A DNA stretch of 34,892 nucleotides from an uncultured Lachnospiraceae bacterium (GTDB lineage: Bacteria; Bacillota; Clostridia; Oscillospirales; CAG-272), in the NCBI GenBank assembly GCA_964579815.1, contig CAZOHP010000004.1:1-34892 (forward strand), given 5' to 3'. The position numbers were made by a program, and so were the translations under genes. Positions within the stretch are counted from its first letter, which is position 1. Each line of letters starts with the position of its first letter. Under the pieces are notes generated by a model that worked only from the letters and a program-made list of their open reading frames with translations, was not told the origin of the DNA and did no database searches. Below are positions 10,665 through 21,248 of this stretch, in pieces.

Positions 10665-11986
10665 ATCAACATTCTTTGACTCCTAACTTCGTTTAATATA
10701 CGTGACGCGGTCATCTTCGGAAACTCACCGTTTTGAATTTTAAGATGAATGTCGGAAACAGCACAATAACGCGGATATCGCTCCTCATAGCAACGATGAA
10801 GCAATTCCCGATCACATGACAGCGGACGATCCGGCGTCGTTTCCAATGATTCGAGATTGCGGTCAAGAAAATATAATTTCCCGTTTCGTTTTAACCTGCG
10901 AACATTTTCATCGCGCAAAACGGCACCGCCACCGGTTGCAATAATAACGCCGCTCAAAGGGGCAATTCTTTTTTTAATCACCGCAACCTCTGCATCGCGG
11001 AATGCACATTCGCCGTAAGTTTTAATATATTCGGCGGGGCGTTTCCCGGTCATTGCGGTGAATTCTTCGTCGGTGTCTACCAGTTCTCTGCCGAGTGATG
11101 CGGATAACAATTTTCCTACCGTTGTTTTACCGCAGGCAGGCATACCGATTAGTACAATGTTTTGCTTTTGTGCTTGGATTGCGGAGGTAACTTCGGCAAT
11201 AACATCGGGAGAAATAACACAATCCAAAAACCGTTCGGTAGCGGCAACTGCTTGTGCGACCAACATGGGCAAGCCTCCTGTGGCAGGAATATGCAGTGCC
11301 TGAGCGCCCGAGATCAATTCGGTGCGCAGTGGATGGTATATTGCATCTACAACGCCGCAAAGTGCCTTAAAATCGCTTAGAGGGGCACTTGCCGGGAGCG
11401 GAGAGTTCTCGTCGTTCGGATACATACCTACGGGAGTTGTGTTAATTATGACCTGCGCATCTAAGTGCAGGTGAAGATCATCGTATGTTAAGTATCCGTC
11501 TTGAACATTACGAGAAACTTTGTATATTTTCTTGGCACCGGCGTATTTAGCTACCGCAAAAGCGGTATTGGATGTTCCCCCTGTCCCCAGAATCAATACT
11601 TTTTTATCCTTTAACTCAATACCTGCCAAAGAACACAAATATTTCATGCCGAAATAATCCGTGTTATCTCCAATCAAGCGCCCGTTGCGATTGATCACAG
11701 TATTCACTGCGCCGATCTCGCGTGCCACGTCGGTCAATTCATCCAAATAAGGAATAACGGTTCGTTTATAAGGTATAGTTACATTGATTCCCCGAAACTT
11801 TCGCAACCGAAAAAAAGGCTCTACCTGTTCCGGCGACAGTTCTTGTAACACATAATGATAGGGTTCGGCGCGTTTTTCTTCAGCCAATGCCACCCCGATC
11901 AATCGGTGAATTTCCCCTGAAAAACTATGTCCTAAATGCTCGGCAATGCAACCATATTCCGATATGATCCCCTTGTAATTATCCAT
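10661..11986 (-). CDS. aroE: Bifunctional shikimate dehydrogenase / shikimate kinase (AroE-AroK fusion)
   Basis: N-terminal NVTIPYK, GAVNT, NTDYFG and GTGG motifs. C-terminal P-loop GMPACGKTT, ATGGGAV and RPL motifs. Confidence 0.93.
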   Translation of the reverse strand: MDNYKGIISEYGCIAEHLGHSFSGEIHRLIGVALAEEKRAEPYHYVLQELSPEQVEPFFRLRKFRGINVTIPYKRTVIPYLDELTDVAREIGAVNTVINRNGRLIGDNTDYFGMKYLCSLAGIELKDKKVLILGTGGTSNTAFAVAKYAGAKKIYKVSRNVQDGYLTYDDLHLHLDAQVIINTTPVGMYPNDENSPLPASAPLSDFKALCGVVDAIYHPLRTELISGAQALHIPATGGLPMLVAQAVAATERFLDCVISPDVIAEVTSAIQAQKQNIVLIGMPACGKTTVGKLLSASLGRELVDTDEEFTAMTGKRPAEYIKTYGECAFRDAEVAVIKKRIAPLSGVIIATGGGAVLRDENVRRLKRNGKLYFLDRNLESLETTPDRPLSCDRELLHRCYEERYPRYCAVSDIHLKIQNGEFPKMTASRILNEVRSQRMLI

Positions 11987-12039
11987 CGCTTGAATTCTAC
12001 TTTCTCATCATGATGATTTGTAAAACGGAATAACAGTGC

Positions 12040-13152
12040 TTACTCATGCCAAAAGCCTTCCGTACCGTAGCGCTGTGTTAACAAATCTGTCAATACCAAA
12101 GCACATACACTGTCAACGACCACACGCGCACGGTGGACAATACAGGGATCGTGTCTCCCGCGAACAGAATAGTCCACATTTTCTCTACGAACAAAATCAA
12201 CGGTTGATTGAACCTTTTCAATGGACGGCGTCGGCTTGATAACACAACGAAACAATAACGGCATTCCATTTGAAATACCACCGTTAATTCCTCCGTTGTT
12301 GTTCGTTGTTGTTACAACACGGTCGTTGATGATACGAAACGGGTCGTTAACGGCACTTCCTCTCATGTCCGCAAAATCAAAGCCAAGGCCGAATTCAATA
12401 CCTTTGACAGCGGGGATGGAAAATAATGCATGGGAAAGCATACTTTCCAAAGTGTCGAACCATGGCTCTCCCAAGCCGGCAGGCAAGCCAACAACCGCTG
12501 TTTCAAGAATGCCGCCGACACTATCTCCGTCGGCTTTAGCGGCATTGATTGCAACAGTCATCCGCCTGCCGATTTCCTCATCCAATACAGCAAATGACAA
12601 CTTGTTGAGGTTTTGTATTTGGGCGCGTAACGCGTCGATATCATAGGTGCATGACAAATCAAATGTTGCATCATCAATTCCCGCACAGCGTGAAATGTGT
12701 GTCCCGATCTCAATTCCTTTCGCACGCAACGTAGGAATGATCAAGGCGCCCGCCGCAACCAAGGCAGCCGTAATGCGACCACTGAAATGACCGCCGCCCC
12801 TGGCATCTTGTGCGCCGTGATATTTGCATTGTGCGGTATAATCGGCATGCCCGGGGCGCGCAAGATCGGTCGAATAATCGCTACTGTGCGTATCTTCATT
12901 GTAAATGGTGAAACAGATCGGTGTACCTGTTGTGTGGCCATGGTGCACTCCGCTGACAATTTGATAGCGGTCCTGCTCTTGTCGTGGTGTAGATATCGTC
13001 CCGGATGGGCGTCGAAGAGCAAGTTGACTGCGAATAAAATCTTCATCTATCGAAAGTCCCGGCGCCAATCCGTCAACAACGACGCCAATGCCCGCGCCAT
13101 GACTCTCGCCGAAAATAGTTACGGATACGGCATTTCCAAAGGTGTTTTTCAT
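12040..13152 (-). CDS. aroC: Chorismate synthase
   Basis: FGESHG, RPGHAD, GGGHFSGR, KPTPSI and GRHDPCI motifs. Confidence 0.97.
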   Translation of the reverse strand: MKNTFGNAVSVTIFGESHGAGIGVVVDGLAPGLSIDEDFIRSQLALRRPSGTISTPRQEQDRYQIVSGVHHGHTTGTPICFTIYNEDTHSSDYSTDLARPGHADYTAQCKYHGAQDARGGGHFSGRITAALVAAGALIIPTLRAKGIEIGTHISRCAGIDDATFDLSCTYDIDALRAQIQNLNKLSFAVLDEEIGRRMTVAINAAKADGDSVGGILETAVVGLPAGLGEPWFDTLESMLSHALFSIPAVKGIEFGLGFDFADMRGSAVNDPFRIINDRVVTTTNNNGGINGGISNGMPLLFRCVIKPTPSIEKVQSTVDFVRRENVDYSVRGRHDPCIVHRARVVVDSVCALVLTDLLTQRYGTEGFWHE

Positions 13153-13176
13153 GTGAGATCAGTTCCTTTCCTGTGA

Positions 13177-14238
13177 TCAACTTCTCAATTTTGTCGCGGT
13201 TTGTTGCAAAAGTTTGATCAATTCAGAGGATGTTTGCTCCTGCATCGCAAATTCTCCTACGTGCGGAACATAAATCGTTTGAATGACTTCCCCGGCGGCT
13301 TTTTTATCATGTCTCAGTGCAGTCAAAAGAGTTTCGTATGCAGGAAGCCGTTCCAATGTATACGGCAAACCGCTATGCTTGAGTAGAGGCAAGAGGCGCG
13401 TTCTCACTTCATCGCTACACATCGGCAGCATACCGAGCGCCACGCACTCACCGTGATATCGTTCGGTGAATCCGCCACAACTCTCTATCGCGTGTCCCAG
13501 CGTATGACCAAAATTGAGCACACGACGTACTCCTGCTTCATACACATCATTTTCAACAACACCGATTTTAATTCGTAATGCGCCGATAATCATTTCATCA
13601 AAGGCTTTCGGAAGATCAATTGAACCATCGCCTATAAACGAATAATCAAATTCTTCAAGGTATTTAAATAAATCGGCATCACAGGTCAATGCCATTTTTA
13701 TGACTTCGGCCAAGCCATCCGAAACGCGACGACGCGGCAAAGTATTTAACGTCAAAGGATCAATCAATACCGCTTTGGGTTGCCAAAATGCGCCGATCAT
13801 GTTTTTATATCCATCGAAATCGATTGCTGTTTTACCGCCGACCGAGGCATCGACTTGAGCGAGCAACGTGGTCGGAATGTTATAAAAATCAATTCCGCGC
13901 ATGTAAATGGCAGCCGCAAATCCCGCCAAATCGGTAACGACACCGCCGCCGATGGCAATGATTGCATCTTTGCGGTCAAAATGATTTTTCAGCAAATCAC
14001 CGAGCAAAATGCGCAAAGTGTCAAAATTTTTGTGCTGTTCCCCACTCGAAAAGCAATAAATAAGAGGATTTGTACATTGCGACGCCAGCGTTTGTACGTA
14101 CTGCTCGGGTACACCGCTGTCTGTAACAATACAAATGCGTCGATTTTTGACAGATATCAATTCGCAGATACGTTCCAGTATACCGCGCTCAACATAAATC
14201 GGATATTTTCCCGAATTGGTATGGACATTCAAAATCAT
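13177..14238 (-). CDS. aroB: 3-dehydroquinate synthase
   Basis: GGGVVTDLAGFAA, PTTLLAQVDASVGGKT, LNFGHTLGHAIE and HGECVA motifs. Confidence 0.97.
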   Translation of the reverse strand: MILNVHTNSGKYPIYVERGILERICELISVKNRRICIVTDSGVPEQYVQTLASQCTNPLIYCFSSGEQHKNFDTLRILLGDLLKNHFDRKDAIIAIGGGVVTDLAGFAAAIYMRGIDFYNIPTTLLAQVDASVGGKTAIDFDGYKNMIGAFWQPKAVLIDPLTLNTLPRRRVSDGLAEVIKMALTCDADLFKYLEEFDYSFIGDGSIDLPKAFDEMIIGALRIKIGVVENDVYEAGVRRVLNFGHTLGHAIESCGGFTERYHGECVALGMLPMCSDEVRTRLLPLLKHSGLPYTLERLPAYETLLTALRHDKKAAGEVIQTIYVPHVGEFAMQEQTSSELIKLLQQTATKLRS

Positions 14239-14298
14239 AAATCGTTTCTCCGCGATTGATCATATTTAAAGTTTAAAACGTGAGGTATTCATTTAACT

Positions 14299-15462
14299 TT
14301 AGATAGCGGCAAAGGTCGCATCGTTCTCCAATGCATCGATCATATCCGTATTTAGGCGGATATCGTTTTCGTAGAATCCAAGCACTCGAACGCTTTCGCA
14401 AACTCGGCGGAGATCCGTTAACATCCGCTGCCCGTTTTCGTCGGACAAATTTCCTTCGCCCTCGGCGAAGAAATAATAGGACCAATTGCTCTTCTTTGTC
14501 GGTCTGCTTTTCAAAGCACGCAAATTAAAGCCCGTTTCGCCGATCGCTTCAATGGCGCGCCCCAGTGCACCGGCTTGATGACGAACGGTAAAAAAAAGTA
14601 AAAACCGTCCGTCATTCGGTTTAGCCTGTCGCATCGTGCGAGAAAATACCGCAAAACGCGTAGTATTGGTATTGTCACTGCCGATATTGGATGCCAACAC
14701 AGCCAAACCATATCTATCGGCGGCCTCTCTCGTTCCGATGGCCGCAATGGTTCGATCTCCCGTATCGGCAATGGTTTTAGCGGCCGTTGCAGTGTTAACC
14801 GCTTCCTCCGTCTTCCATCCGTTCCGTCGAAGATACGGTGCACATTGAGATAGCGCTTGCGGGTGGCTGACCACCACGTGAATATCGTTTAAGGTCGCAC
14901 CCGGGATTCCAAGTAAGTTTTGTTCGATTTCAAGTTCGTATACACCGGTGACAAACAGTGATCCCGCATAGGCGAGATCAAGCACCTGTGTTACATCACC
15001 GCCGATACTGTTTTCAAGCGGTAAAACCGCGCATTCACACTCTCCTCGTTCGACAGCCTCGTAGGCCGCTTGGAAATCGGCGCATGATATTAAATCGGCA
15101 TCGGGGAAAATCATTTCGGCGGCTTGAGCGGCAAATGCGCCCGGCACACCGCTGTAAGCCACTTTTTCTCCTTCCAACAGCCGATGCTGATAACGGCGGG
15201 AAAGCGCCATTGTTGCGCGAAGGTGACAAATATAATAAGAGCGAAGTTCCTCGTCTTTGATGCGCGCGGCATTATTGGCAATTACTTCCCTTTCCCGTTC
15301 CGCATCATATACGGGCAACCCGCGACTGCGTTTATACTCGGCGACCTTTTGAGTAGCTTTGAAACGACGGCAAAAAAGTTCTGCCATTTGTTGATCCACT
15401 TCGTTGATCTCAGCCCGCGCCGACAAAAGCAGGTCATTGTTTTGTTCTGTTGTATGATCCAT
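14299..15462 (-). CDS. pheA: Bifunctional chorismate mutase / prephenate dehydratase
   Basis: N-terminal CM_2 helices (ARAEINEVD...YDAERE), PLENS, SHPQALSQC, NTTRF and a C-terminal ACT domain (KSRP). Start overlaps the aroF stop (TGATG). Confidence 0.95.
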   Translation of the reverse strand: MDHTTEQNNDLLLSARAEINEVDQQMAELFCRRFKATQKVAEYKRSRGLPVYDAEREREVIANNAARIKDEELRSYYICHLRATMALSRRYQHRLLEGEKVAYSGVPGAFAAQAAEMIFPDADLISCADFQAAYEAVERGECECAVLPLENSIGGDVTQVLDLAYAGSLFVTGVYELEIEQNLLGIPGATLNDIHVVVSHPQALSQCAPYLRRNGWKTEEAVNTATAAKTIADTGDRTIAAIGTREAADRYGLAVLASNIGSDNTNTTRFAVFSRTMRQAKPNDGRFLLFFTVRHQAGALGRAIEAIGETGFNLRALKSRPTKKSNWSYYFFAEGEGNLSDENGQRMLTDLRRVCESVRVLGFYENDIRLNTDMIDALENDATFAAI

Positions 15463-16499
15463 CAGAGAGCCTCAGCCATTTCTTTGATTAAAATTTCTGT
15501 TTTTTCCCACCCAAGACACGGATCTGTAATGGATTGGCCATGGCAATAGTTGCCGTTCGGCATCAATTTTTGCGCGCCATCAACAAGATAACTTTCAATC
15601 ATCAATCCCTTGACCAGACATTTAAGATCATTGCTTTGACGACGACTGTGTAAAACATCCTTTGCAATGCGCGGCTGTTCCAGATAATTTTTACCCGAAT
15701 TTGCATGGTTGGTATCGATAATGACGGCGGGGTTGGCAAGGCCGGTTTTTTCGTACATCACTTGCAACTGACGCAAGTCCTCATAATGATAGTTGGAGCA
15801 GTTGGAGCCGTCAAATTTTGTATAACCGCGCAAAATGGCGTGCGCATAAGGATTTCCGCTACTGACGACTTCCCATCCGCGATACAAAAATGTATGTGAA
15901 GTTTGAGCGGCACGAATGGAATTCATCATAACGCCAAGATCACCACCGGTGGGATTTTTCATTCCGACAGGAATAGCCAAACCGCTGGCTGTCAGACGAT
16001 GTTGTTGATTTTCAACAGAACGGGCGCCGACCGCAACATACGATAAAAGGTCGGATAAGTAACGGTGGTTTTCCGGATACAGCATTTCATCCGCGCAAGT
16101 AAAACCATAGTCGGCAAGTGCGGTGCGGTGAAGTTCACGAATGGAAACGATCCCTTTCAGCATATCTTCGTGGGCATTGGGATCGGGCTGATGCAACATT
16201 CCCTTGTAACCCTCGCCTGTGGTGCGCGGTTTATTCGTATATATTCGAGGAATAATCAAAATTTTATCCTTAACAACATCTTGAAGACGACGAAGTCTGG
16301 AAAGGTACTCCAAAACCGAATCGCGGGCATCTGCGGAACAGGGACCGATGACAAGCAACAATTTATCCGATTCCCCGCAAAACACGCGCAGAATTTCCTC
16401 ATCTCGCGCAGCCTTGATCTTGGACATTTCATCGGTTACCGGATATTCCTTCTTAATTTCTTGAGGAATCGGCAATTTTCGCAAAAAATTCATATTCAT
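15462..16499 (-). CDS. aroF: DAHP synthase, class I-alpha
   Basis: IGPCS, KPRTTGEGYKG, VGARSVENQQHR, GMKNPT, HANS, IESYL and SITDPCLGW motifs. Confidence 0.93.
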   Translation of the reverse strand: MNMNFLRKLPIPQEIKKEYPVTDEMSKIKAARDEEILRVFCGESDKLLLVIGPCSADARDSVLEYLSRLRRLQDVVKDKILIIPRIYTNKPRTTGEGYKGMLHQPDPNAHEDMLKGIVSIRELHRTALADYGFTCADEMLYPENHRYLSDLLSYVAVGARSVENQQHRLTASGLAIPVGMKNPTGGDLGVMMNSIRAAQTSHTFLYRGWEVVSSGNPYAHAILRGYTKFDGSNCSNYHYEDLRQLQVMYEKTGLANPAVIIDTNHANSGKNYLEQPRIAKDVLHSRRQSNDLKCLVKGLMIESYLVDGAQKLMPNGNYCHGQSITDPCLGWEKTEILIKEMAEAL

Positions 16500-16512
16500 A
16501 ATGATTTTTCCT

Positions 16513-16710
16513 TTATTTCACTCTTTCGGTAAGTCTTTCTATTTCTTTTTCCGTAACGGTAATCACGCAATTTTCATACTCTTCGCTATTGCACTCACCG
16601 GCACAATCTACAATATACAAAGTTTCGCCATCTACTGTGTGTACATCGCAAATCGTTCCTGTTTTTCCGCTCGCAATGATACGAACTCTATCACAAAATT
16701 CATAGGTCAT
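16513..16710 (-). CDS. Small hypothetical protein (65 aa), possible SH3/KOW-like beta-barrel
   Basis: Strong SD GAGGAG and an exact fit in the tyrA-aroF gap. Pattern DRVRII..GKTGTI.DV....LYIVD. Confidence 0.7.
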   Translation of the reverse strand: MTYEFCDRVRIIASGKTGTICDVHTVDGETLYIVDCAGECNSEEYENCVITVTEKEIERLTERVK

Positions 16711-16724
16711 GTTCTTTTTTCTCC

Positions 16725-17666
16725 TCATTTCAATGAAAAATTCGGCTTTGTCGGTTTTTTATCAAAACCATGACGACGTTCTGTGGAAACACGCATCATT
16801 TCTCGCATGGTTTCACGATCACCATTGGCTAACGCATCACGCATAACGGAAAAATGTGCGGCAAACAAATCCATTTGCTCCAGCAGTGCTGTTCTGTTGG
16901 ATAAAAACAATTCGCTCCACATAGCATCATTGATTTTAGCGATGCGAGTCAGATCGCGAAAAGAATCGCCGGTAAGTAACGCCAAACGAGCCAAATCCGT
17001 ATGTTCACCATCAACACTTTCTTCGCCTGCACAGCACATCAGCGAAACGGCGATGGCATGCGTCAATTGAGAAAGATATGCTATCATACGATCATGCTCT
17101 TTAACGGATAATTGAGTAATACCGGCAAAGCCGAGTAATTGCCCGAGTTGCTCGCACAGTCGTATGGCTTCCGGAGTGTTTGTTTCGGTTGGAACGACTA
17201 AGTAATTGGCACCGCGAAACATATCGGGGGTTGCGGCATGATAAACCTCCAAACTGCTACCGATCAATTCTCTGCCCGCCATGGGGTGTGCCGAGATAAA
17301 TTCTGCGCCATTCGGTAACAGTTTCTGTGCGCGGTCAACAACTCCGCCTTTCACGCCGGTAACATCCGTGACGAGGGTGCCGGGTTGTATTAGGTGGCCG
17401 TTTTTCTCTAACCAATCAAGAAGAACGGCGGGATAAAGGCAAAATATAATGATGTTTGCCTCTGCAATCAAATCGGGGTTGACCTCAATGTCGCCGACAA
17501 CAATCGTACCGTCCGTTAAGGCGGCATCAATGACCTCGTGTGAGTGCGTAATACCAAGCACTCGATATCCTTTTTGGGACAGTGCTTTGGCGTATGCGCT
17601 CCCCATTAGGCCGAGACCGACGATCAAAATTGTGCAATCCGGAATCAATTTGGGAAATTGTTTCAT
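16725..17666 (-). CDS. tyrA: Prephenate dehydrogenase
   Basis: GLGLMG, DVTGVK, HPMAGRE, EHDRMIAYLSQLTH and SFRDLTRIA motifs. Confidence 0.95.
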   Translation of the reverse strand: MKQFPKLIPDCTILIVGLGLMGSAYAKALSQKGYRVLGITHSHEVIDAALTDGTIVVGDIEVNPDLIAEANIIIFCLYPAVLLDWLEKNGHLIQPGTLVTDVTGVKGGVVDRAQKLLPNGAEFISAHPMAGRELIGSSLEVYHAATPDMFRGANYLVVPTETNTPEAIRLCEQLGQLLGFAGITQLSVKEHDRMIAYLSQLTHAIAVSLMCCAGEESVDGEHTDLARLALLTGDSFRDLTRIAKINDAMWSELFLSNRTALLEQMDLFAAHFSVMRDALANGDRETMREMMRVSTERRHGFDKKPTKPNFSLK

Positions 17667-17707
17667 AGCATATCCTTTCGAAATTCAAACATGAAAAAGC
17701 GAGGAAA

Positions 17708-18406
17708 TCAACCGCCGAGGTATGCTTTCTTAATTGCTTCGCTTTGTGCAAGTTCCGTTCCCGTACCCGAAAGAACGATATTGCCCGACTCCATGACGTA
17801 AGCACGATCCGCAATACTAAGTGCCATCTCTGCGTTTTGCTCAACCAGAAGAATCGTTGTTCCGGCAGACTTAAGTTCAAGAATCATGCCAAAGATCGAT
17901 TGTACAAGAATCGGAGCAAGTCCCATGGATGGCTCATCAAGCATGAGCAATTTCGGGCGGCTCATCAAGGCACGCCCCATTGCAAGCATTTGTTGTTCTC
18001 CTCCGGAAAGCGTACCGGCTATTTGTGCCTTACGATGCGCCAACCTAGGAAAGCGCGCATAAACATCTTCCAACCCTGCTTTGAGATTATCTTTGCATGT
18101 GTATGCACCCATTTCAAGGTTTTCTTGCACGGTCATTTGCAAAAAAATGCGTCGTCCCTCAGGGACATGAGCCAAACCGCGTCCGATCAATCGATATGGC
18201 TCAATATGACTGATATCCTCATCCATAAATGAAATGCTGCCGGTGCGGGAACGCAAAATTCCCGAAATGGTCTTCAGTGTTGTTGATTTTCCCGCGCCGT
18301 TAGCGCCGATCAATGCAACAATCTCCCCTTGCTTCACATTAAGCGAAACATCTTTCAAGGCATGAATTTTGCCATAATATACATTAAGATTATTGACTTG
18401 AAGCAT
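17708..18406 (-). CDS. livF: HAAT/Liv-type ABC transporter ATP-binding protein
   Basis: GANGAGKS, VPEGRRIF, LSGGEQQML, LDEPSMGLAP and VEQN motifs. SD GGAGG before ATG 18406. Confidence 0.95.
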   Translation of the reverse strand: MLQVNNLNVYYGKIHALKDVSLNVKQGEIVALIGANGAGKSTTLKTISGILRSRTGSISFMDEDISHIEPYRLIGRGLAHVPEGRRIFLQMTVQENLEMGAYTCKDNLKAGLEDVYARFPRLAHRKAQIAGTLSGGEQQMLAMGRALMSRPKLLMLDEPSMGLAPILVQSIFGMILELKSAGTTILLVEQNAEMALSIADRAYVMESGNIVLSGTGTELAQSEAIKKAYLGG

Positions 18407-18410
18407 TGTG

Positions 18411-19265
18411 TTATACCTCCGTCTTGCGGCCAAGGTAGGCTTCAATCACACGCGTATTGGCCTTAATTTCCTCCGGCGTTCCCTTGGCAATGATTTTACC
18501 GTGATCCAACACGCAAATGCCCTCACAAATATTCATAACGAGTTTCATATCGTGTTCAATTAACATAACGGCAATACCGAACGTATCGCGAATACGACGA
18601 ATATTTTCCATCAATTCGGCGGTTTCGGATGGATTCATCCCCGCCGCAGGCTCGTCAAGTAACAGAATTTTGGGATTAGTAGCGAGTGCACGCACGATTT
18701 CGAGACGACGCTGAGCACCATAGGGCAAACTGCCGGCAGCATCCTTGGCCATTGAGGACATGTGGAAAAAGTCGAGCAACTCAAGTGCGCGCTCATCGGC
18801 TCGTTTTTCCTGCGAACGGTATCCGAACATATGCGTCATGGCGGCGAGCATATTTTCTTTCATATAGTTGTGAAGTCCGACCTTGACATTATCCAATACC
18901 GAAAGATTGGAAAACAGACGAATGTTCTGGAACGTGCGCGCAATGCCCATATGATTGACTTGATGTGTACTTTTTCCCGCCGTGGAATAGCCGTTGAGCA
19001 TGATGTTGCCACGTGTAGGATGATAAACATTGGTCAACAAATTAAACACCGTTGTTTTTCCTGCGCCGTTGGGGCCGATCAATCCTGCTATTTCCGTCTG
19101 ACCAATGGTCAGCGAAAAATCGTCAACTGCCGTTAGACCACCGAAATCAATGCCGAGGTGCATCGCCTCCAGCACCGGCGTCTTGTGAACATCGCGCTCG
19201 GGAACGATTGCACCGGATGGGTATGGCACCATGCGAGAGCCCTCTTTTTTATACTCTTGACTCAT
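18411..19265 (-). CDS. livG: HAAT/Liv-type ABC transporter ATP-binding protein
   Basis: GPNGAGKT, RTFQNIRLF, LPYGAQRRLEI, LDEPAAGMN and IEHDM motifs. Confidence 0.95.
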   Translation of the reverse strand: MSQEYKKEGSRMVPYPSGAIVPERDVHKTPVLEAMHLGIDFGGLTAVDDFSLTIGQTEIAGLIGPNGAGKTTVFNLLTNVYHPTRGNIMLNGYSTAGKSTHQVNHMGIARTFQNIRLFSNLSVLDNVKVGLHNYMKENMLAAMTHMFGYRSQEKRADERALELLDFFHMSSMAKDAAGSLPYGAQRRLEIVRALATNPKILLLDEPAAGMNPSETAELMENIRRIRDTFGIAVMLIEHDMKLVMNICEGICVLDHGKIIAKGTPEEIKANTRVIEAYLGRKTEV

Positions 19266-20316
19266 CGGTATTTCCCTCCTTTGCATCGTCGATAATTGCC
19301 GCCTTGGCTTTGCGACGTTGGTTCCATTTGGTCAGCGAGAAGCGCTCTTTCCACTCAATAAATCGAGGATTGGAACCGAGGAGCATAATAACGATCAAAA
19401 CGATCGAATATGCCAGCATGCGATAATCGGAAAATTCGCGAAGCGCAATCTCGGGAAGCGCGTAAAGAATGATTGCGGCAATGACCGACCCGTGCACCTT
19501 GCCCATACCGCCAAACACCACGATAATCAACAGTTCAATAGAGAAATTATAGCCGAAATCGGATGACTTGATGACGGAAAAACCATGGCCGTACAGAACA
19601 CCTGCCATACCTGCGAAAAAGGCGGCGAGAATAAAGACCATCAGTTTGTAATACGTGACATTGATACCCGTTGCCTCAGCTGCAATACGATTATCGCGGA
19701 TAGCCATAATCGCTCTTCCGTGTCTTGATTTCTGAATGTTGAGCACAATCCACACGACCAACGTGACCAAGATGATCAAAAACGGCAGAAGCAATTTGAC
19801 ATTGGAATAAATAGCCTTGGTATTCAAGCCCAAAGCGCCGTCAAGCACACCAGCCAAAGGCCCGCTTTTTATCTGGATGTTGTTAATAACGTTTTTAATA
19901 ATTTCACCGCAACCCAAAGTCACGATGGCAAGATAATCCCCTTTTAGTCGCAGCGCGGGGAGACCGACAATCAAGCCGACCAACGCCGCCGCAAGACCTC
20001 CGACCACCATGGAGATCGGAATTCGGATCGCGGCGGGAAGAGCGTCTACCGTGGCAATGGATACCAGACAACCGGTGAATAGACCGACAGACATAAAGCC
20101 CGCGTGACCGAGCGACAATTCACCGAGAAAACCAACGACAAGGTTGAGTGAAACCGCCAAAACGATATGACAGGAAATAGGAAGAATGACCAGCAACAAT
20201 TGACGCGATGCAAAACCACCATATACCATGATACAAAGGATCAAGTACATCAGGGCAATGCCCCCCAGTGTCAAAGTGCTTTTATTGAGGATTTTTTGTT
20301 TTATGTTCGTTTTCAT
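19249..20316 (-). CDS. livM: HAAT/Liv-type ABC transporter permease
   Basis: GELSLGHAGF, LRLKGDYLAIVTL and GRAIMAIRDN motifs, with multiple TM segments. Confidence 0.93.
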   Translation of the reverse strand: MKTNIKQKILNKSTLTLGGIALMYLILCIMVYGGFASRQLLLVILPISCHIVLAVSLNLVVGFLGELSLGHAGFMSVGLFTGCLVSIATVDALPAAIRIPISMVVGGLAAALVGLIVGLPALRLKGDYLAIVTLGCGEIIKNVINNIQIKSGPLAGVLDGALGLNTKAIYSNVKLLLPFLIILVTLVVWIVLNIQKSRHGRAIMAIRDNRIAAEATGINVTYYKLMVFILAAFFAGMAGVLYGHGFSVIKSSDFGYNFSIELLIIVVFGGMGKVHGSVIAAIILYALPEIALREFSDYRMLAYSIVLIVIMLLGSNPRFIEWKERFSLTKWNQRRKAKAAIIDDAKEGNTDESRV

Positions 20317-20327
20317 GATAACGCACC

Positions 20328-21209
20328 TCACACCTTCTCGCTGATCTTCTTGCCGAGAAGACCCGTGGGCTTAATGACCAACACCAATACCAACACACCG
20401 AAGACAATGGCATCAGACCATTTGGTGGAGATATAAGTTTTGGACATCTGTTCAATCACTCCGAGCAAAATTCCGCCGAGCATAGCCCCCGGAATGGACC
20501 CTATACCGCCAAACACCGCTGCCGTAAAGGCTTTAATACCGGGCATCGCACCTGTGGTCGGTCGAATATAGGTATAAGATGCCCCGTAAAATATGCTTGC
20601 AACAGCCGCCAATATAGAACCGATGGCAAAAGTGACCGTAATGGTGTGGTTTACACTTATTCCCATCAATTCGGCCGCCTCTTTATCCTCGGAGACCGCA
20701 CGCATCGCCTTACCTATACGTGTGTAGTTGATAAATAATGTTAAAGCAACCATGATAACGGCTGTCAGTCCCAATGTAAGCAACAATGAGCCTTCCAAAC
20801 GGACACCGCCGATAATCAACGTCGGAATCGTCTTGAATAATTCCGGAAAGGCCTTTTGCTCGGTTCCGTATACAAGTTGTGCCACGTTTTGAAGCAGATA
20901 AGAAACGCCGATTGCCGTAATCAAAACGGTCAACGACGGTGCTTTGCGCAGCGGACGATATGCGAGAAATTCAATCGTCACGCCCAACAGTGCGCAAACA
21001 AGAATACTGATGGCCACGCCGAGAATACCGGGCATTTTAGCCTGAGTGACAGAGGTGATAACCGCATATGCACCGACCATAATAACATCGCCGTGTGCGA
21101 AATTCAGCATTTTTGCAATGCCGTAAACCATTGTATAACCAAGTGCGATCAATGCATAAATGCTGCCCAGTGATAGGCCGTTCAGCAACGCTTGAATCAA
21201 GGTTGTCAT
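20328..21209 (-). CDS. livH: HAAT/Liv-type ABC transporter permease
   Basis: GSIYALIALGYTMVYG, NFAHGD, GKAMRAVSED and GGIGSIPG motifs. Start set at ATG 21209 after SD AAAGGA. Confidence 0.94.
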   Translation of the reverse strand: MTTLIQALLNGLSLGSIYALIALGYTMVYGIAKMLNFAHGDVIMVGAYAVITSVTQAKMPGILGVAISILVCALLGVTIEFLAYRPLRKAPSLTVLITAIGVSYLLQNVAQLVYGTEQKAFPELFKTIPTLIIGGVRLEGSLLLTLGLTAVIMVALTLFINYTRIGKAMRAVSEDKEAAELMGISVNHTITVTFAIGSILAAVASIFYGASYTYIRPTTGAMPGIKAFTAAVFGGIGSIPGAMLGGILLGVIEQMSKTYISTKWSDAIVFGVLVLVLVIKPTGLLGKKISEKV

Positions 21210-21248
21210 AATATTCCATCCTTTGTCGAATTTTATTTTTTCCATGTC

